Origin: an uncultured virus (IMG/VR IMGVR_UViG_3300008107_000208) | Lineage: Duplodnaviria > Heunggongvirae > Uroviricota > Caudoviricetes | IMG/VR virus record: IMGVR_UViG_3300008107_000208 | Location: 1 to 64,000 of that record | Direction: 5' to 3' (one strand) | DNA: 64,000 nucleotides | Part shown: one piece after another, positions 59,061 to 64,000 of the stretch | How the letters are laid out: the number at the start of each line of letters is the position of its first letter | Numbering within the stretch: position 1 is the first letter of the stretch | The notes under the pieces: generated by a model | What the model was told of the DNA's origin: nothing | Seen by the model: the letters and a program-made list of their open reading frames with translations, nothing else | The model's database searches: none | Made by a program: the position numbers and the translations under genes

Positions 59061-59255
59061 ATGGGAACCGCACAAGAATCTGTCCTGGGCATTGTTATTG
59101 ATGTCTGCACTCGCTCTTTCCTTCTCATTAGTGATGAAGGTAATGAGAAAATGGTAGAGTGTGAAACTGTTCAGGAGTTTATGAATGTCCTGGAAGTTGT
59201 TACTGCTAACCTTGAACCTCATCAAATCGAATACGCTGATATTGCTGTAGAATAA
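59061..59255 (+). CDS. Hypothetical protein
   Basis: ORF track; directly after promoter. Confidence 0.7.
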   Translation: MGTAQESVLGIVIDVCTRSFLLISDEGNEKMVECETVQEFMNVLEVVTANLEPHQIEYADIAVE

Positions 59256-59257
59256 TA

Positions 59258-59431
59258 ATGGAAGTGTTTACTGTAAAAGAGTGGGAAGAAAACTTTGATG
59301 CTCTCCTAGAACGAGTAGAACAAGGAGAGCACATTGGTATCATTGGAGAAGATGGTAAGGCAGCAGTTATGATGCCTGCCGATGATGAACTTATACGAAT
59401 ACACACTGAGTTAAACAACGAAGCTCAGTAA
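59258..59431 (+). CDS. 57-aa Phd/YefM antitoxin-like protein
   Basis: Hand-translated: TVKE...NF..LL.RV..GE.I.I....K.AV..P. Confidence 0.6.
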   Translation: MEVFTVKEWEENFDALLERVEQGEHIGIIGEDGKAAVMMPADDELIRIHTELNNEAQ

Positions 59432-59443
59432 GTTCATCATCTA

Positions 59444-59531
59444 GGAAGTGAGACTTGGTAGTCAGAGGAGTCTTATAAACTCTTTCCGCCAGATTAGCGG
59501 CTTTGAGGTGGTTCGAATCCACCCACTTCTA
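59444..59531 (+). tRNA. tRNA-Ile(UAU), atypical, long variable arm
   Basis: GGAAGTG/CACTTCT acceptor, GGAGT-CTTATAA-ACTCT anticodon arm, GGTGG-TTCGAAT-CCACC T arm. Confidence 0.75.
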
Positions 59532-59627
59532 TTGGTAGTCGTTAGGCAGATAGCCTAAAAAGACGCCAACTTCTACTACGGGTATCTTCCGTAGCGTCGT
59601 ATGGGAAGGGCAATGTTCTTCCCAATT
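59532..59627 (+). ncRNA. Candidate structured RNA between tRNAs
   Basis: Three consecutive hairpins: TTAGGC/GCCTAA, CTACGG/CCGTAG, TGGGAAG/CTTCCCA. Confidence 0.45.
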
Positions 59628-59634
59628 ACATAAA

Positions 59635-59708
59635 GCAGGTTTAGCAATCTGGTAGAATGCTCAGAACTCATAATTCTGCGAAGGCGAGTTCGATCCTCGC
59701 AACCTGCA
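59635..59708 (+). tRNA. tRNA with CAU anticodon (elongator Met or Ile2)
   Basis: GCAGGTT/AACCTGC, CAGAA-CTCATAA-TTCTG, GCGAG-TTCGATC-CTCGC. Confidence 0.88.
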
Positions 59709-59713
59709 CCTAC

Positions 59714-59787
59714 GCCCGCATAATCCAACAGGCAGAGATAGGGAGCTTAAAACTCCTCCAGTGTCGGTTCGAATCCGACTGTGGGTA
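59714..59787 (+). tRNA. tRNA-Leu(UAA), short variable loop
   Basis: GCCCGCA/TGTGGGT, GGGAG-CTTAAAA-CTCCT, GTCGG-TTCGAAT-CCGAC. Confidence 0.85.
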
Positions 59788-59820
59788 TAAAAATAAATAT
59801 AAGATACGGGAGTGAAGCCT

Positions 59821-60126
59821 ATGTCTTATAGAATAGACACTGCGTACTGCTGGTATAACGAAGGCAGCATGATAGTGAAAATGTATTTCATTAATCAAGT
59901 CCCATTCACATTTGATGAGATGCCTGATGGGCATTTGGAAGATGATGATCTTAAGAGACTAGCAGATAAAGAAAGATCATTTGAACCAGACGACTTATAC
60001 AGAAGTTCTTTCTACCTTATAGATGAGGAAGTGCATCCTTGTATGTTCCCGATAGAACTAGAAAACCCTGAAGATATGCCTGATGAACTAGAATATTATC
60101 ACGATGAGGAAGATTTGATGGGTTGA
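59821..60126 (+). CDS. Acidic hypothetical cyanophage protein
   Basis: ORF track; GGGAG RBS before ATG 59821. Confidence 0.7.
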   Translation: MSYRIDTAYCWYNEGSMIVKMYFINQVPFTFDEMPDGHLEDDDLKRLADKERSFEPDDLYRSSFYLIDEEVHPCMFPIELENPEDMPDELEYYHDEEDLMG

Positions 60127-60164
60127 TAAATAAAACATAGAAATATATTGGCGTATATAATCCG

Positions 60165-63100
60165 ATGCCTTTAAACAAACTGGAAAATTTCATAAAGAAT
60201 ACTGAAGGGCGTATTCTCTATGTTAACCCAAGTGACCTTGATGCTACCGATTCTATCGAGAATCAAGGTAATTCGTTAACAAAACCTTTCAAAACGATTC
60301 AGAGAGCACTGCTAGAGGCAGCGAGATTCTCATATTTGAGGGGAAGTGATAATGATATTGTAGAGAAAACTACAATTCTTTTATTTCCTGGCGAACACGT
60401 CATTGATAATAGACCTGGATATGCTATTAAAGATGTAAGTGGAACTGCTACTGCCGTATCTCCAGCTGGTTCAGAGACCGTAGCATCTACAGAATTAACT
60501 CTTACATCATCTTCAGTATTTGATCTAACGCAGCAAGAAAATATTCTTTATAAGTTTAATAGTATTCATGGTGGTGTTGTTGTACCTAGAGGTACTTCAA
60601 TTGTTGGTTTAGACCTTAGAAAGACTAAGATTCGTCCTAAGTATGTACCAAACCCAACTGATACTAATGTAGCAGGTTCTTCTATTTTCAGAATCACAGG
60701 TGCTTGTTACTTCTGGCAGTTTTCTATCTTTGATGGTGACCAGAGTGGTCTAGTATATACTGATGCATCAAACTTTGGTTCTGGTAATCAGTCAAAACCA
60801 ACATTCTCTCACCACAAACTAACTTGTTTTGAGTATGCTGATGGTGTGAATATCCCTACTGGATATTCCATTACAGACCTCGACATGTATTATAGCAAGC
60901 TTTCGAATGCATTTAATTCGGAAACTGGCAGAAATATTGACCAGAAGTGGCCAGCTGAACCACTAGGTTTTGCTAAGAAGCGTTCTGAGTGGGAAATTGT
61001 TGGCGCATTTGCTGCTGACCCAGTTAATATCTCTACCATTATTTCTGGAGATAGTTTCACTCCTGGTAGTGTTATTACAGTTACTACATCTACAGCACAT
61101 GGTCTTACAACTGGTACACCTATCAAAGTTAAAGGTGTAAGTGTTGATGACTATAATGTATCAACCACAGTTCAAAGTGTAAGCAGCGAAACTCAGTTTA
61201 CTTATCTACTACCATTTGTAAGAAACAATCTTCCTGCTTCTCCTAGTGCTTCTGGAGCAACAGTTACTATCGAGACTGATACTGTTGGTGGTGCTTCTCC
61301 ATATATCTTTAACTGTTCCTTGCGTTCAGTTTATGGTATGAACGGTCTTCATGCCGATGGTGCTAAGGCATCTGGTTTCCGTTCGATGGTTGTTGCTCAG
61401 TTTACTGCTGTTTCTCTACAGAAAGACGACAGAGCATTTGTTAAGTATAATGAGTCTTCTAGAGCGTATGAAGGTATTACGGTTTCTAAAGTAACTGGTG
61501 CATCACTTTCAAGTGAATCTTCATCTACAGATTCTAATAAAGTTTATCACCTAGACTCTGATGCTCTCTATAGAACTGGATGGGAATCTAGTCATATTAA
61601 AGGTTCGAACGATGCCTTTATTCAGGTCGTCTCTGTATTTGCTATTGGTTTTTCATATCACTTTGATGGTAGAACTGGTGCTGACTTCAGTATCACAAAC
61701 TCTAACTCAAACTTTGGTCAGTTCTCACTGAACGCAGAAGGATTTAAGGCAGAAGCATTTGCGAAGGACAATAAAGCATTTATTACTTCTGTTATTACAC
61801 CAAAAGCAATTGTAGCGACAGAAGAGAGTATTGACTGGGTACAACTAGATGTTGGTTTAACAACTTCTGTTGGTATTTCAAGCCATCTATATCTTTATGG
61901 TTACAATGATAAGAACATTGCTCCACCAGTTCTTGTTCAAGGTTATAGAGTTGGTGCTAAACTGAACGATCAACTATCGTTCGTTGGATCTGGAACTACC
62001 TACAGTGCAAATATCCTAATGGTTGATAATGCCATTAGCACATCTGGTATTACCTCTGCTCTAGGAACATCTAGTTCATTTAAACAATACTCTGTAAGTA
62101 GCGTTTCATCTAGCGTTCTGACTATTGGAACACATAACTTACTAACTGGTGAAAAGATTCTACTCATCAGTGATAGTGGAGACCTACCAGAGAATATTAA
62201 TCCACACACCATTTATTATGTTATTAAAGAGTCTTCAACTCAAATTAAGATAGCATCTTCAGCAACGAATGCTGAGAATAGTGCATTCATTACACTATAT
62301 GGTGGAACGAATATTAAAGTTATTAGTAGAGTAAGTGATAAGGCTGCTGGTGAAATTGGTTCACCTATTCAGTTTGATGCTGCAAATAACAATTGGTTTA
62401 TTCATTCATCCCATAATAATGCTATCTACACAGCATTTAATACTCTAGGAACTGGAACTCTTGGTTCTGCATCAAATCCATCATTCTTTAATAGAACAGA
62501 AGATCCAAGAAGTCTTGATGAGAAACTCTATAAGTTTAGAGTTGTAGTTCCAAAAGAGTTTGATAATGCAAAGGATCCAGAAGAAGGATTTGTTATTCAG
62601 GAGTCCAGCACTACTGGAGCAAGATCTAACGCTGACTTTACTGCTACTGGAATTACAACATCTGACTATGATTATAACAGAAACCCAAGATTCATCAGCA
62701 CCTGCTCAACGAGTTCTTCTACAGTTACTGTTATTACAGAACTACCACATAATGTAAGAGTTGGTGAGAAGATTATCATCAGAAATGTAACCAGCACTGG
62801 AAACACTGCTGGAACTGTTAATAAGGGATATAATGGAGTATTTACTGTTGCTTCTGTAGTTGATGATAAGACATTTACTCACTCAACAGCAGATGTTTAT
62901 GGTATAACTCATTCTACTGGTTCATTTACAAATGATACAAGCAGTAGAACAACTGCTCTTCCAAGATTAGAAAGAAATGATTGGAATGAGAACTTCTATG
63001 TTTATAGAAACGAGGTCATCTCTCCATATATTAAGGATGTTCAAGATGGTGTTTATCACTTGTATGTGTTAAATGCTGGTAATACTGTTGAAACTGAATT

Positions 63101-64000
63101 CACTGGACATTCCTATAGTCAAAATGTTAAAGATCTATATCCACAGTTGGATAGAGATAATATCAGTGATAATCCAAACTCAAGTAAAACATACGCTAAG
63201 AGATCTCCTATTGGCGATGTTGTAACTGATGATCTTAAGAAGAGTCTTACAAGAGAAACTGTTGATATTTTACTCCCAGCTCTTGGTATTGGTCTTCCTA
63301 TCACTGGAGTTACAACTTCATTCCCAAGTGCAACTGTTGGAGTTGCAACTTTAACATTCGCTAGAGAGCATGGTTTTAATGGAATTGTAACTTATAGTTC
63401 CTTTACTGGTGGTAGTGGATATACCAATGGAACTTACTATAATGTAAAACTCTTTAATAATGGAACATCAACTTGGGATGGCGCTACCGCCACTGTAACA
63501 GTTGCTGGTAATGCTGTATCCTCTGTAGATATTACTGTTGGTGGTTCTGGTTATACAAATGGCGAAGAACTAGACTTTGATACTGGAAGAATTGGTGGTG
63601 GAGTAGGCGCTGGTTTAACTGTAACAACTGCTGGTATTTCAACAGTTATTGGTAATACCGTTCAAATCACAGGTATTGGAACAACTGCTGGTGGATACTA
63701 TCGTATTACTGGTGTTCCTGCTAAAAATCAAGTTGCTATTGCTATTACTGATAAGGATCCAAGAATTGTTCAAGGGCAATATCTACTGAACATTGCACCT
63801 GAACTAACTGTTTCTTCTTCAGCATTTACTTCAGCAACTGGTATTACCACCTTTACAATGTCTGAACCTCATGGTTTTGTGGTTGGTAATAGACTCACCG
63901 TTAAGAACTCTACAGATCAAAACTTAGGCGACTATCTAGTTACTGGTATCACAACCACAACAGTTAGTGCTAAGACGAGTGCATCACTTACTTCTCCTAA
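60165..64000 (+). CDS. Very large virion structural/fibre protein, runs off the window
   Basis: Starts MPLNKLENFIKNTEGRILYVNPSDLDATDSIENQGNSLTKPFKTIQRAL; GATAAATA upstream; G/T/S-rich coding pattern continues to the end (absent from track because it has no stop; not every codon checked). Confidence 0.85.
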   Translation, partial: MPLNKLENFIKNTEGRILYVNPSDLDATDSIENQGNSLTKPFKTIQRALLEAARFSYLRGSDNDIVEKTTILLFPGEHVIDNRPGYAIKDVSGTATAVSPAGSETVASTELTLTSSSVFDLTQQENILYKFNSIHGGVVVPRGTSIVGLDLRKTKIRPKYVPNPTDTNVAGSSIFRITGACYFWQFSIFDGDQSGLVYTDASNFGSGNQSKPTFSHHKLTCFEYADGVNIPTGYSITDLDMYYSKLSNAFNSETGRNIDQKWPAEPLGFAKKRSEWEIVGAFAADPVNISTIISGDSFTPGSVITVTTSTAHGLTTGTPIKVKGVSVDDYNVSTTVQSVSSETQFTYLLPFVRNNLPASPSASGATVTIETDTVGGASPYIFNCSLRSVYGMNGLHADGAKASGFRSMVVAQFTAVSLQKDDRAFVKYNESSRAYEGITVSKVTGASLSSESSSTDSNKVYHLDSDALYRTGWESSHIKGSNDAFIQVVSVFAIGFSYHFDGRTGADFSITNSNSNFGQFSLNAEGFKAEAFAKDNKAFITSVITPKAIVATEESIDWVQLDVGLTTSVGISSHLYLYGYNDKNIAPPVLVQGYRVGAKLNDQLSFVGSGTTYSANILMVDNAISTSGITSALGTSSSFKQYSVSSVSSSVLTIGTHNLLTGEKILLISDSGDLPENINPHTIYYVIKESSTQIKIASSATNAENSAFITLYGGTNIKVISRVSDKAAGEIGSPIQFDAANNNWFIHSSHNNAIYTAFNTLGTGTLGSASNPSFFNRTEDPRSLDEKLYKFRVVVPKEFDNAKDPEEGFVIQESSTTGARSNADFTATGITTSDYDYNRNPRFISTCSTSSSTVTVITELPHNVRVGEKIIIRNVTSTGNTAGTVNKGYNGVFTVASVVDDKTFTHSTADVYGITHSTGSFTNDTSSRTTALPRLERNDWNENFYVYRNEVISPYIKDVQDGVYHLYVLNAGNTVETEFTGHSYSQNVKDLYPQLDRDNISDNPNSSKTYAKRSPIGDVVTDDLKKSLTRETVDILLPALGIGLPITGVTTSFPSATVGVATLTFAREHGFNGIVTYSSFTGGSGYTNGTYYNVKLFNNGTSTWDGATATVTVAGNAVSSVDITVGGSGYTNGEELDFDTGRIGGGVGAGLTVTTAGISTVIGNTVQITGIGTTAGGYYRITGVPAKNQVAIAITDKDPRIVQGQYLLNIAPELTVSSSAFTSATGITTFTMSEPHGFVVGNRLTVKNSTDQNLGDYLVTGITTTTVSAKTSASLTSP

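Noticed and set aside
58916..59101. 61-aa TTG-start ORF across the sRNA
   Set aside because: Crosses a terminator and promoter, has no RBS and is not preserved in the other copy
60890..63304. Short ORFs listed in the track in the last 4 kb
   Set aside because: Shadows of the long plus-strand gene starting at 60165

Overview
A 64-kb segment of a T4-like (Kyanoviridae-type) cyanomyovirus genome, probably infecting freshwater Synechococcus/Cyanobium (host is inference). In order: the 3' end of a group I intron and the last psbA exon, a free-standing GIY-YIG-like endonuclease and psbD; a fibre island with a 2412-aa collagen-like fibre plus glycosyl-, methyl- and sulfotransferases, UDP-galactopyranose mutase and 2OG-oxygenase-like genes; a micro-ORF cluster behind two tandem glutamine-riboswitch-like aptamers; core genes (thyX, phoH, exonuclease, gp33, gp59, gp32); the baseplate module (gp53, gp48, gp2, gp4, tube-like, gp26, gp51, gp27-like, gp5); a second collagen-fibre/adhesin island; three tRNAs; and the start of a very large virion protein. 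Most unusual signals: (1) each glutamine aptamer carries a whole, apparently paralogous ORF inside its P2 loop, with the start and end of the ORF base-paired; (2) a 59-nt structured element present twice 42 kb apart, one copy with its own promoter and terminator; (3) a 21 x 51-nt fibre-tip array varying almost only at codon positions 1-2, as adenine-directed mutagenesis would produce; (4) a plug-and-socket set of proline-poor collagen fibres beside modifying enzymes. All family calls are from motif recognition by eye; no searches were run.
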